A program made the translations under genes and the position numbers. A DNA stretch of 64,000 bases from Ruditapes philippinarum. Its lineage: Eukaryota. Within the stretch, counting starts at the first letter, position 1. Every line of letters begins with the position of its first letter. Where the stretch lies: the NCBI RefSeq assembly GCF_026571515.1, contig NW_026860867.1, positions 1 to 64,000 of the forward strand, given 5' to 3'. The notes below the pieces were generated by a model, which was not told the DNA's origin, ran no database searches, and saw only the letters and a list, made by a program, of their open reading frames with translations. Shown in pieces: positions 52,053 to 64,000 of the stretch.

Positions 52053-52196
52053 GTTATTATACATTGTTGATAAACAATACTGATTCTATTGGACTCGTAC
52101 AGAGCCAGACTCTGCTCGCACCTCGACTAATATAAGTTTGACAGCTGTGCAAGTCCAATAGAACTCAGTATTGTACTCAACAATGTATATAATAAC
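52053..52196. mobile_element. Small foldback/MITE-like element
   Basis: GTTATTATACATTGTTGA..ACAATACTGA.TTCTATTGGACT is inverted against AGTCCAATAGAACTCAGTATTGT..TCAACAATGTATA.TAATAAC. Confidence 0.75.
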
Positions 52197-52755
52197 GTCA
52201 TAATATTCTATAATTTATAAACAGCTTTGAACTGTCTTTCAGATCTCTGGTCGACTAAGAAGTTACTTTTGGTAAACATAAAATGTCAATATCAGAGTAT
52301 TCACTGTTCTTTCTCCTAAGAATAACTTTTCAAAGTATATTCACCGTTGATTGTTTTTACATAAATATATGATTTCTGGAAATCGTCCAAAGGACGCGGA
52401 AATATAATGTAACATCACGCCAAGTTTGTCATCATTATTCCAAAATAAAAAAACCAACACAATTAGATGACTCGCAAATAAAGTCAAATTAGTCAGTGTT
52501 AGCTTATTATATCGTTGTGACTTATCCTGTATCAATATATGCAATATATGCATCATTAAACAATTTGTTGTATCACTGTTTGCGATTACATATTTAACAA
52601 AATGCTTAAAAACTTATTTGTAAAGTAGGGTTTCCATCTTGGCCTTTCATGTTATACGTTAAACTTGAAACATAAAATGTGGATGTAATTTTGATCTGAT
52701 ACAAAGCATTTTAAGGCCCATTATAAAGAATCTAAAAAATATGGATTTTTGAGGC

Positions 52756-53450
52756 ATAATGTGCTCATGTTTTCATTTTCAAGCTGTGCTGAATTGACAA
52801 AATATGTGTATATTTCAAAAAGATTGACTGTTTCAATGGTGATTGACAAACACTTGCTTTTGAAAAAAAATTTTTTTTCGAACAAAGTTTAAGTCTGACA
52901 AAACTATAAAAAGATTGCTGCACTCTTCTTATAAATTAAATGTTACAGGTAAATTCTGAACGATAACAACAGAAGTTTCCTTGGATGAGGTGTGTGATTT
53001 ATTGTTCTTGCAATTAAAATTATAAGATTGAAATAGTTATAGGAACACGTAAACTTTTTTGACTTTCACATGTTCACTCACTATATTCCCTTAATGTCAA
53101 TTTAATGTGAAAATAAATCAAGAAAAGTGCTCACCAAATAAACTAACTGAGGTCCCAGTTTAGCACCTATTTGTCCTGTGACGCTTAGTGAGCCGTGAGT
53201 AATATTTCTACAAACATGCAAATTTTATTAAAGTTGCTACATAATTTATTAATAGAAAAAAGTGTTAAAACATGATATTTAATATCAATTTGATAAGAGC
53301 ATCACGTTTATATAACATTATTTATAATATATTAGTAACAGGTTAATATAACTGTTCATTTCTTTATGCAATAATTATATTAGTAATACGTTTATATAAC
53401 ATTATTTATATTAAATATGTAATCATTATATTAGTAAAACGTTTATATGA
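52756..53450 (-). pseudogene. Inverted duplicate of SLC22 exon 7 with flanking introns (source about 49760-50450)
   Basis: The minus strand at about 53207-53135 reads NITHGSLSVTGQIGAKLGPQLVYL with intact TAG acceptor and GTGAG donor. Flanks match gene D introns 6 and 7. Confidence 0.9.
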
Positions 53451-54492
53451 CAGTATCATCAGGTTTGACCCCTGGTGTTGCTTTAAGTCTGCATCACCCG
53501 AGGAAAGCCTAAATCAATTGACCTAAATTGTGATGTTGCACCGTAAAAAAATAGTAAGTAACTCATGAATACTTAGCATGACCTACTTTACCAAGCTGTT
53601 TCAGTGACATTCACAACGTTATGGGATAACTGTCACTTGTAAACTTGTAAAGTTTTTTAATCAGACAATTTAAAAACATTATTTGCATGAATAACTTACT
53701 ATACCAATTAATATAATATATACGTGAAGGAAAGTAATTGCGTTCATGTTTTAATTTGAATAACAATGGGATCTTTTAATTCATGACTAAGGTTTGATTT
53801 CATAGATGAGAAGCTTTTAAAAATTGCATGAAACAAATTTGTAAGTGTTTTCTTAAAAATAACAATATAATATGTTTATAATGTGTATAATACATTCAAC
53901 TTAGTGAGCTATATTTAGAAAAGACATTCATAGGTCTTTTCTTAATTACAAATTAGAAATTATACAGCTTGTATGCGACAATGTTCAAGTCATATCAATT
54001 TTTTTTGTTTTAATTTAGTCATTTAAAAATTAATCAGCTATTAACGCATTCAAATATTTCTTTTTAAATCTAATAAGGTGCACATTCTTAATACTCCATA
54101 CTCCACTGTACAGTGAAATTTAGAAACATTTAACTAAAGTGGAAAGAAACGGTTTATTTGTTAAAAAATTATAATGTAAATACATGTACACATGTATATT
54201 GGCAAAATGTATGCTAAAGCTATTTTATGCTTATCAAAGATTATGTTCTATACAATTAAAAAAGCCAATTTTTATTCTTTATTCAAACAAAACTTTTTTT
54301 ATTCAACTGGGTAAGAATTGACATATTATGTATTTTCTTGTTTCTTATTCCTAGCTGACTGCATGCATTGTAATATGTAAGAATTTACTTGTATATGTGC
54401 AGTTTCTGAAATAAGATAAATGGTTTAACTAATGATTAATATTTTTGACTAATGATTAATAGTTTTGTTACATACCCTCTAGTACGTAAAAT

Positions 54493-57400
54493 ATGCCTAC
54501 CCAAGCTAAGGATGGAGACAGTAGTCACGTCAGTCCGGATAAAATTATTGAAGATATTGGCGGATGTGGTCGGTTCCAGGTACGCATGGCAAAAGTTTGT
54601 TCACTCATCAAGACAAAATCTGCTTCACTTTTCTGGAAAAGATTTTTTATATCAAAAACGCAGCGGTGGGGGGTGAGGATAAAATGATTGGAAATAATAT
54701 GACGTCATGTCATGCTGACGTTAACGGGACATCCTTTGATTTCTGTCCGAAGAAAGCGTGTAATATAAACGGAACGGCGTGTTCCAGAGTGAATTTTGAT
54801 AGAAGCCTTACGACAGTGGCCACTGAGGTAAAATATTACTATAATCTATTCCGCAAAATAACTGTGTTGATACATTAATCATTACAATACATGTTTCAAT
54901 GTTTTAAGGTAAATTTAAGGGTACCAAAAATACGTGTCATAAATGCTAATGTTTTCAGACAATATTATTGAACCAATCTCTGCTTACCTTGATTAAATAA
55001 CAAGGGAACCATATCATATCTTTCCAACATTAACTAAACAGTGGTGGATGATACTTATTATAAAATTGGATAGTAGAAGATAAAACAATTAAATTTTATT
55101 TAAAAATATGTTTGATACCGACATACAGATAATAATACCGACAAACAAATACAATTTATAGCAATTCCGTAACGTTTGTTTTTAATGAAATACAAATGTC
55201 TTGAACTTAATTATGTCAGATGTTTTATTTTCTTTATTTGCAGTTCAATCTGGTTTGTGCCCTAGACTTCATTCCAAGTACAATAAATTCAGTACAAATT
55301 GCTGGTACCCTTGTTGGCAATATTGCTGCAGGACAAATTGCTGATTTAATTGGGCGAAAACCACCGTTTTTTGCATCAATTCTTCTTATTTTCTCATTTA
55401 ATATTGTCGGCTATTTTTCAACAAGTTGGCAAGTATTTGCAGTTGCACGATTTTTCCTTGGCATGGGCGGTGGTTTCTTTCTGACGACACAATATTGTTT
55501 CCTTTCGGAATTTTCTCTGGCACGTTGGCGTGTTTGGATAGTGGGGTTCCCTTCATGGCCTATTCAGTCAAGTGTGTTGTCCCTGTTGGCATGGCTGTTA
55601 CATGACTGGCGATACATACAACTAATGACGGCTCTTTGTGCTATTCCATGTCTTCTTGCATGGTTGTAAGTTTTCTTTTCACAATGACACCCTCATTCCA
55701 GAAGAAAATCTAAAAGAATAAAAACTACATAACAATATATTATTTTTAAGACATTATTTCATTTGCTTGTTACTCTAGACTGTAAATATTTTCTTTGCAT
55801 AATAAGAACAATAGAGTGTTGAGCTTAATAAGTATATATTATAATTTTATCGTAAAATATTAAACGATTGCTGTCATTTTGAAATAAATCGTTATATTAA
55901 ACCATTCCATTTAAAATATGTAGTTCTGCTTAGGCCTATGTATGGCAGACTGACCATGAAACCAAGCCTGCAGCATTTTCAACTTTGCCGTTTTTGGCTT
56001 ACCTTAAAGGTTTGTAATTTTACTTTTTTGTAGGAGACAGAAAACGGATATTCATTACACTAATATCGTTTTACTACCAAATCTATCTTTTCAGTGCATT
56101 GCCTGAAAGTTTCCGTTGGTACATAGCCCATGATAAACCAGAGAAGGCTGCTCAAATCATTACACGCATAGCCAAATATAACAAGCATGAAGAATTCGAT
56201 ATAGACAAAGTTCTAGATAACCAGGAAGAGCAGGAAGATCAGAAATACACAGTGTTACATTTGTTCAAATCAAGATACTTGACAAAAATAACGATTCTTC
56301 TGTCATTCAGCTGGTACGTTTTAAGCTTGTCTTATCTTAGATCTCAGGGTGTCACTAGGCGGCTTTAGATGATAATGAATAAAAAAAATAACCCTATAAA
56401 AACCCCGGAAAAAACAACAACAAACAAAACAGAAATGTAAAAACTGGAGCGGCATAAACATTTTATTTTGTATGACTTAAAACCTTTGTGTGATACCTTA
56501 TGTATTGAAGCTTTAAAATCATAGGATTAGAATTTGACAAAAGAGTCAAACTTATAGATTGTTGGCGAATAAAATTGATTTTAAATTGGTATAAATTTAA
56601 ATTTATAACGTGTTTTTGTAGTTCACTGATTCCATAATTTTTATTTACCATGTACGTATTAATATGTGACAGATATATTACCATTTAGGATTGCTCTTGG
56701 TGTTGTGTCATATGGGATTTCATTTGGGATCCAGGAACTTTCTGGAAGCATTTATTTAAATGTTTTCCTATTTAGTATTGTTGGTATTCCCAGCAAATCA
56801 GTTGCGCTCTGGCTTCAAAACAGGTACAATTTAAATCATTTAAAGGCAAACATTACACTTTAATAAGTAAAGCTGGAAAGTTGCCATATGACCTATACTG
56901 TGTTAATGAAACGTAAATCTCAACCAAAAAGAAAGAAAGAAAGAAAGAAAGAAATAAAGAAAGAAAGAAAAGGAGAAGAAAGAAAGACAGGAAAAAACAA
57001 CATATTTTTACGATTTTTTTCAAGAAATAATTTATAATAATATCCTAATGATACATTTTTATTTTTCTTTTGTTTATATCAATATTTGAACTACTTATGA
57101 AAAATGTGCCCATTGTAGATCAATCTACTTTAATGTATTTTCCCTTTATTACACTTTATGATGTTGATATGATTCTACGAGTTTAAAATTACAATAACAA
57201 TTTACAAGGACAATCTTCTATCAATGTTGAATTGACGTTTGATTTAATTTGATTAAAATTGATTAACGGCAACGCCACAGCCACAAAATGTGAAATGTGT
57301 TTAGTCTTTACATGTTTTCATTTTGTGTTTACATAACAGGTTTGGTCGAAGAGCGACATCGGTTTTATGTTTTATAGTTGTTGCTGTAGGCGGATCTGTT

Positions 57401-60043
57401 GTAGGATTTGTACAGACGTTTAGTAATCATTCTTTATTATTTTTTATTATGAAACATTTGACATTTACCTTACTAATAACCGTTTTGTCTTTTCAATAAA
57501 ACCTTAAAACTTAAAATATTTTGGTTTATCAAAATGCTGGTAACGGTTTGAAAATAAAAACTTTATAAGGATCATTGAATTATTTAGACACCAATGCAAT
57601 TAATGCTATTTATTAATTGAAACGTCTTTATTTCTAATGATGCGGAACAAACTTAATAATCTTTTAAACATCAACTTTATTTGACTTTTTTTTCTGTGGA
57701 GTAGAATTATAACACAACAATAATGCAATAAAAATGTCTTTATCCCTCGTCTCTCCCTCGTTATAATTTATAGGCACCCCCACCTCTTTAGGGGAGACTC
57801 GCGCCTATTGGGGCTAGTCAGAATCATTTTTATTGCTGATGCAAAGGATACAGTTATTCTTTGCCTTGGATGTAACAAATTCTTCTGCTCAGATGCAAAA
57901 CACTGATAAATTGAACCATACCTTATCCGACAATAATAGAAGTCATTGTCGTTTATTTTTCTTTAAAAATGCTATATAATAAGAAATAACAAACACAAAC
58001 AGCAAACAAAAATCGATATACTTTGCAAATCCAAATTGAAGGATTTGTACGATCATGCTTATTTCGCTATTTTTTTTTATTTGTTTGTCTTTTGTAAAGA
58101 GTCATTCGAAGTTCACGTCAGTACGTATATGTATGTAAATGCTAGGTGCTAAATAAATTGTTGTTGTAAATAATATACGAATGTTTAATCCTAAGATGCA
58201 CCGCACAAGGACGAACTTACCAATGGGTTTGCATTGGTAGCCAACATGGGTATATCTATGGCATGGGGACCAATACAGACGATGACCATTGAGCTGTATC
58301 CGACAGTAATCAGGTAGTTTTATCTTAGATTTCAACAACATTCTAGGTGTACTCTGACTGATTTTACCGCCAAACCTCCATTTTTAATGAACATCTGAGA
58401 GTACTTCAACTGATATTTTCGTGTTTTTTTTATTTTATGGTGTATTTTATGTTTAAATGTTTATGTGACCATTTTAACAAAAGAAAGTTATATTCTGTCG
58501 CATAAAAGTTTGACTTGAAGATTTAAATAAGGATTATTATTTTTTATATTTGTTGTTACCACGTCTTTATTCCTAATTATGCGGAACAAATATATATGAA
58601 TATAAATATATATGAAATAAGTAGACATTTATGTTTTTATGCTTAAGTTATATAAATGTTATAAAAAAGTATAAGTGATATTATATAAAAGAAATGTTAT
58701 ATAAACGTATTACTAATTTCATATAAACAATGTTATAAATATAAACGTATTACTTATATAATAATTACAAATATGATATAAACAATGTAATATAAACAAT
58801 GTTGCTCGTATCAATTTGATATTAAATTTAATGTTTTTTAACACTTTTTTTCTTTTTATAAATTAATATATTTATAAATTTGATATTCAATATAGTGTTT
58901 TTTACACTTTTTTCTTTTAATAAATTATGTAGCAACTTTAATAAAGTTCGCTTGTTTGTAGAAATATCGGTTTCGGCTCACTAAGCGTCACAGGACGAAT
59001 AGGTGCTATACTGGGACCTCAGTTAGTTTATTTGGTGAGGAGTTTTCGTGTTTTTTGTTTTCATTAAAGTGACATTAAGGGTGTAAGTTAGTGAACATGT
59101 AAAAGTCAAAATAAGTTCATATTTTCCCATAACTCATATCTATATTTTATTAATTTACTTTGCATGAACGATATAAATAAATCACCTGACCCAAAAGAAG
59201 TTTCTATAAATTTCCATCAGATTTTACCAGAAAATTGTCAGTTTTAAGCCCATATACTGATTGGAAACTGTTACACATATTGCTTATGATATTTAAGAAC
59301 ACATATTTATAAGTATGAGAAACAAAAAAATCTTGAATAACGTTAATTTATTGCTTTATTTTTATTTTACTAAGTTTTGTGACGATTTTGTCGTATATAT
59401 TCGATATACAATTTTTGTTTTGATATTTATGAGCACAACGCATTAGATAAAAGTAAAAAGGTTAGTTACTATAAAAACATGTAGCACAGACATACTACAT
59501 GTATGATCATATAACGTATTTCCTGTCTTTTCATAGATGCCATTCTAGGCGGTATTTCAAGCGCAAGCAAACAGCTGATTCGAAACAAAGCTAGATAGCT
59601 TTCATACACAAAATAATGCGAAAATAAATATGGTTGGATTCAAGCCCACAGCGGTTAGGGGCTACATTTTGTATTTTTTTAAAAATGAAATTAACCATTT
59701 TCTTTTGTACAAACGTGCACTGTTAAATAAGCATTTTCTTTATTTTCAGAATACTTACACACCAGGATTATTGTATTTCTGTTGCGCAGGAATATCTGTC
59801 GTTTGTATAATCGGACTACTTTTCTTGCCAGAGACTATGAACCAAAATTTAAATGATAAGATCAACGAAGAAAATAGAATAGAGATGGAGGGTGACATTG
59901 CCAAAGAAAAGTCCACGGAATGGCTGGACAATGTGAATGGATATACAACACAAAGCGGCAAGAAAGTGTTTACAGTTACTATGGCTGATACATCAGATAC
60001 AATTCACTCTACTGAAAACATTATATTTTCGACACAGTTGTAA
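54493..60043 (+). CDS. SLC22-family transporter, gene E (duplicate of D); net -1 frameshift in exon 1, so a pseudogene or an assembly error
   Basis: Exons 54493-54827 (335 nt versus 336 in D), 55244-55665, 56095-56313, 56689-56823, 57340-57422, 58196-58313, 58962-59034, 59750-60043. Exons 2-8 are intact. Confidence 0.85.
56866..56995 (+). mobile_element. 3' fragment of V-type SINE with (GAAA)n tail
   Basis: TAAAGCTGGAAAGTTGCCATATGACCTATACTGTG matches 35125-35159 and is followed by GAAA repeats. Confidence 0.75.
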
Positions 60044-60044
60044 A

Positions 60045-60047
<3 letters not shown>

Positions 60048-60082
<35 letters not shown>
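60048..60082. repeat. (TA)n microsatellite just after the gene E stop codon
   Basis: Visible TA run. Confidence 0.95.
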
Positions 60083-60085
<3 letters not shown>

Positions 60086-60757
60086 ATAATTATATAAAAC
60101 AAAAATTTGTCATGTACTATGAATACAAAAATGTATATATTTACAAATGTGTGTTGGAAAATTCTGTTTATGATAGCGTAATGTTATTAATCTGGGCACA
60201 GATATTATAGTATAATCTATAAATTTCTTCAACTTTTCGGCATTTTCTAGTTGGGTGGTTCCAATATTCCTACTTGAATAATGTTGAATCACCCTTAGGA
60301 TATGTTGCCTGCTTTTTAAATTTGTCTTTTGACGTTTTATCTGTGATACGCAGGCTTCATAACCTCTGATCCCCTTTCAAAATTCCATTTTATTTAGTTC
60401 CGCCCATTGTTTTCTCGTTTAGGGCACACACTTTTTATTACTTGGGGACCATACGCCGCTTTTCATGGAATGGCACGGAAGTGTCACATTGAAGGTTCCA
60501 TGATAACCGCTGTATGAACACATCTGCGGATGTTTCTAAATTCAAAATTTTACTATTGCATGTTTAAATGTTGAATTCTGCTTAAGCCGGTGCTAGGGGG
60601 CGTGGACGGTAACTTGCACTTTCCAGTACCGTCCATGAACAGGCTCAATCAAACCGAGCCTGCAACATTTTCAATTTTGCCGTGTTGGGCTTTCTTTAGG
60701 GATTTTGTATTTATCTATTTTAGTACTGACTTTCAGATATCTACTTGATTCCGAATT

Positions 60758-60984
60758 TGTTTTTGTTTTGTTTGTTTGTTTGTTTCATTTTACGCCTTTT
60801 TCCAACAGTATTTCAGTCAAATAGGCGGGTTGTTTCCTAACCATCGTTCATGGAGAGTTACACCAGTACTAGACTACCTTCCTCCGCGCTAAACTACCAA
60901 AGCATCTTCCGGGGATCGAACCCGCGCCAGAGAGGTAACTGGATTAGAAGTCATCGACTCTAACCCCTCGACCACGGAGGCGGT
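60758..60984 (-). mobile_element. tRNA-derived SINE
   Basis: Minus-strand head GCCTCCGTGGTCGAGGGGTTAGAG..GGGTTCGATCCCC and (AAAC)n tail. TSD TTGATTCMGAATT at 60745-60757 and 60985-60997. Confidence 0.8.
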
Positions 60985-61872
60985 TTGATTCAGAATTAAC
61001 GTTTGTAAAACATAAAAGGTCAATATCAGAGTATTTTTAAAACTTCTTTAACTTTTCAAAGTATATTCACCGTTGATATTTTTTATATAATATGCCTTTA
61101 ACAGTGTATATTTCTCACAGTCAGTCAGGCCAGCTTAGTGTTTGTTAGCGTATACGCATAACACGTAAACAGTCATAATTGTGCACTCAAGAGATAATTA
61201 GAGTGTTATACGGGATGACAATTACAAACGAAATCCATTTGTCATCTTTACGATGCATATAGGTAAATGTAGCTAGGGCCAAATAACGTGGACTTGAAAA
61301 ATTCATCTCTTGAAACATAAAAGATGTTGTTTTTAAACATTAAGAAGGATTAACAGTTTGCCTGAATGTAATATCATTAAAATTAGAAAGGCTTGCGGTT
61401 TTTGAGGTATGTGTTTGCATTTGCATTTTATATTAAATATTTTTTATAATGAAACAATAAAATCATATGAATTCGCAATGTTGTTTGTATATATAAAACA
61501 GTTACTTTTAAGCTGTTAATAAAATGTTGACGTGTATACACATAATAAAGTGAAAAACTTATGATATTTTTTTAAATATAACTATTTATTAATTTCTAAA
61601 TATTGGTTATTGTTTAAATATTCAACTTTTATACAAAATTAGATTCCTTCAAATAAATTCAACTGCGAGAACAATCACTTAACAATATCTTTTTACTTTT
61701 CATTCTTTAGAGTTATAAATCTTACCTAGAATACATTAAATATATCTATTTGTTTTAATAAAACAACAAACATCAGCTTAAAGTATGTAATTTCTATATT
61801 ATATATCAAAGTAACATAACGCTTATTCTTTCCAGAAAATGTATAATATATAAAATACAGACATAACTCGCA

Positions 61873-63874
61873 ATGACGACCGCCAATACTTCCAAAGATA
61901 ATGATACCAAAGTAGCAAGTCCAGATGAAATTATTGAGAACCTCGGAGGATGTGGTCGCTTCCAGATTCGCATGAGCGTTGTCGTTCATTTGATAAAGAC
62001 GGTCATCTGCTTCAGCTTCATGGGGATGATTATAATATCTGCAGCGCCATCATGGTGGTGTACAGATAGCGCCACCGGAAATGATGTAAAGACATGTACA
62101 GTTTATGAAAACAACACTGCCGTGCAGTATTGTCAGTCTAAATCGTGTGTTAACGGAAACAACTCCAAATGTCAAAACTTTGGATTCGAAAGCAGTTTGA
62201 ATTCCATAGTAAATGAGGTAAGATATTAGTTTATCTTTACTCGTTGAATTAGCCGCTGAAGTTCGAGAAGGGGCTGGTCATGAGAGATGTTGCAATCATG
62301 AACACACTCAATTTAACTGACTCTGCGGTTTTCAACTACGTGTATATATTTCGCATACGCACAAACGAGTATATTTTTTGTTTTGTTACCCAGCACATGG
62401 TTTTCCCGATATATGTTATATTACAAGAAAAGTTATTTAATGAACTATAACATAAAATATCATCAATTTTGTTTTCAGTTCAATCTAGTTTGTGATCGAG
62501 ATTACATACCGAGTATCATTAACTCCATACAGATTTCCGGCGTGCTTGTTGGGAACATTGCAGCCGGACAAATAGCAGATCTATTTGGAAGGAAACCCCC
62601 GTTCTTTACATCTATCGTTATTCTGATCGGATTTAACCTGTTTGGATTTTTCTCTACAAGCTGGCAAATGTTTGCGATTGCACGGTTCTTTACAGGTGTA
62701 GGTTCTGGATTCTTTCTTACAACTCAGTATTGTCTCCTGTCCGAGTTTACCTTGGCGAAATGGCGTGTTTGGATAGTAGGTTTTCCATCTTGGCCTATTC
62801 AGTCGTGTCTGTTTTCACTTCTGGCCTGGTTAATTCATGACTGGCGGTATATACAGTTGATGACAGCTTTTATGGGCATACCCTGTTTTCTGGCATGGTG
62901 GTGAGTCGAATTAATATATATGTAAAATTTCTCTTACATGACAAATGTGTGTAATTAACCAATATAGTTGCAACTAAGAATGTTGTATATGGAAATAAAT
63001 ATATTAAGGCACTTTATATGAACATATACACTGTCAAAAAAAAAACAACAACAAAAACTTACAGATATCCTTTTGACAAATTTATAATACTGCACAATTC
63101 TTTTTTTTCAAGAAAACTAAGCAAATCCGTTCAACCGTTTATTTGAAGACAATAAACGTGTCAAAATTCGCAAATAGGAATCGAGAAAATAACGTTTAAA
63201 TGTATTTTCAAAATTTTCGAATTGCAATGACAAAAGCCACGTTTATTAAAAAGCCCATATGCTCCATACCTGCTTTTATACACTTCTTTTAATGTTTTTG
63301 TGTCCGTTCTGTAATAGTTTCCAAAAAGTTACTCATTAGCTAATTTACTGAATTATCGAGTTTTGTTAATGTGTACATTTATAATGATTTAGTCAAATAG
63401 TTACTTTGTTAATATTTTACTACATTTATTACACGAAATTTCACAATCAGTCATACATTGTGCAGGTGATAAGCATCAAACTTACTCCACAATCATTATT
63501 AAACGTTATAAAACTGACATTTGACCTTTTAAAAGAATAATAATTTATTCATTTCTAAAACATACTGTTCCTTTTATCCAACCGTCTTTAATCTATATTT
63601 CAGCAAGAAAATTACAAGTACATCTCTATCACTGCTTTAATTTATTTTCAAACAGCGTTATACCGGAGAGTTTTCGGTGGTACATAGCACACGACGAACC
63701 AGAAAAGGCAGAGGTCATTGTAAGAGCCGTGGCAAAGTTTAATAGACGCACTGACTTTGATATAGATAAAGCTTTGAGGAAGCCAGATACAAAAGAAGAT
63801 AAGAAATACACGTTTTTAGATCTGTTTAAATCAAAGGAAATGGTGAAAGTAACCTTTTTACTGGCAGCCAACTG
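61873..63874 (+). CDS. SLC22-family (Orct-like) organic ion transporter, gene F, 3'-truncated by window edge
   Basis: Exons 61873-62217, 62479-62900, 63656-63874; GT-AG introns with the same phases as the paralogs. Confidence 0.92.
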
Positions 63875-64000
63875 GTAAGTTCTGTTATTAAAATTTCAAA
63901 GATGAAAATATTATTGAGCGCGCTTAAAAACTAACATGGCATTATACGCCATTTACACAATCTACTTACGGTTTATAAATAAAATGAGTTTTCAACTGAC

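Larger units (their letters stand above)
41690..52360 (+). repeat. Segmental tandem duplication unit containing gene D (paired with 53462-61090)
   Basis: Similarity runs from TTTGACCCCTG (41690 and 53464) to TTTCAAAGTATATTCACCGTTGA (52330-52350 and 61055-61077). Confidence 0.8.
53462..61090 (+). repeat. Segmental tandem duplication unit containing gene E
   Basis: Collinear with 41690-52360. Confidence 0.8.

Noticed and set aside
19104-63871. Antisense or alternate-frame ORFs overlapping SLC22 exons (e.g. 19104-19352, 20222-20440, 21024-21326, 43559-43825, 58102-58341, 63629-63871)
   Set aside because: Shadows of real exons; their similarity between copies follows from the gene duplications.

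Overview
AT-rich, intron-containing eukaryotic DNA. The repeat content (bivalve-type SINEs, HINE-like elements, a palindromic MITE) suggests a bivalve mollusc, possibly a venerid clam; this is inference. The window holds a tandem cluster of six SLC22-family (Orct-like MFS) transporter genes with a shared exon architecture (8 coding exons where complete). Gene A is on the minus strand and runs off the left edge. Genes B, C, D and E are on the plus strand, and gene F is on the plus strand and runs off the right edge. B/C and D/E are two recent tandem duplicate pairs whose junctions can be read from the sequence. There are also orphan SLC22 exon relics. The most unusual signal is a 5'-truncated Penelope-like (Naiad-type) retroelement in intron 2 of gene A. 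Its RT frame contains two in-frame TGA codons and ends inside a well-paired form-2 SECIS-like hairpin that has one damaged core base. Other points of interest: diverged substrate-pocket residues among paralogs, a PDZ-type C-terminus in only one pair, non-canonical or damaged splice donors, an inverted exon-bearing segment at one duplication junction and a 30-bp perfect palindrome at the other. All coordinates were read by eye, and repeat boundaries are approximate.
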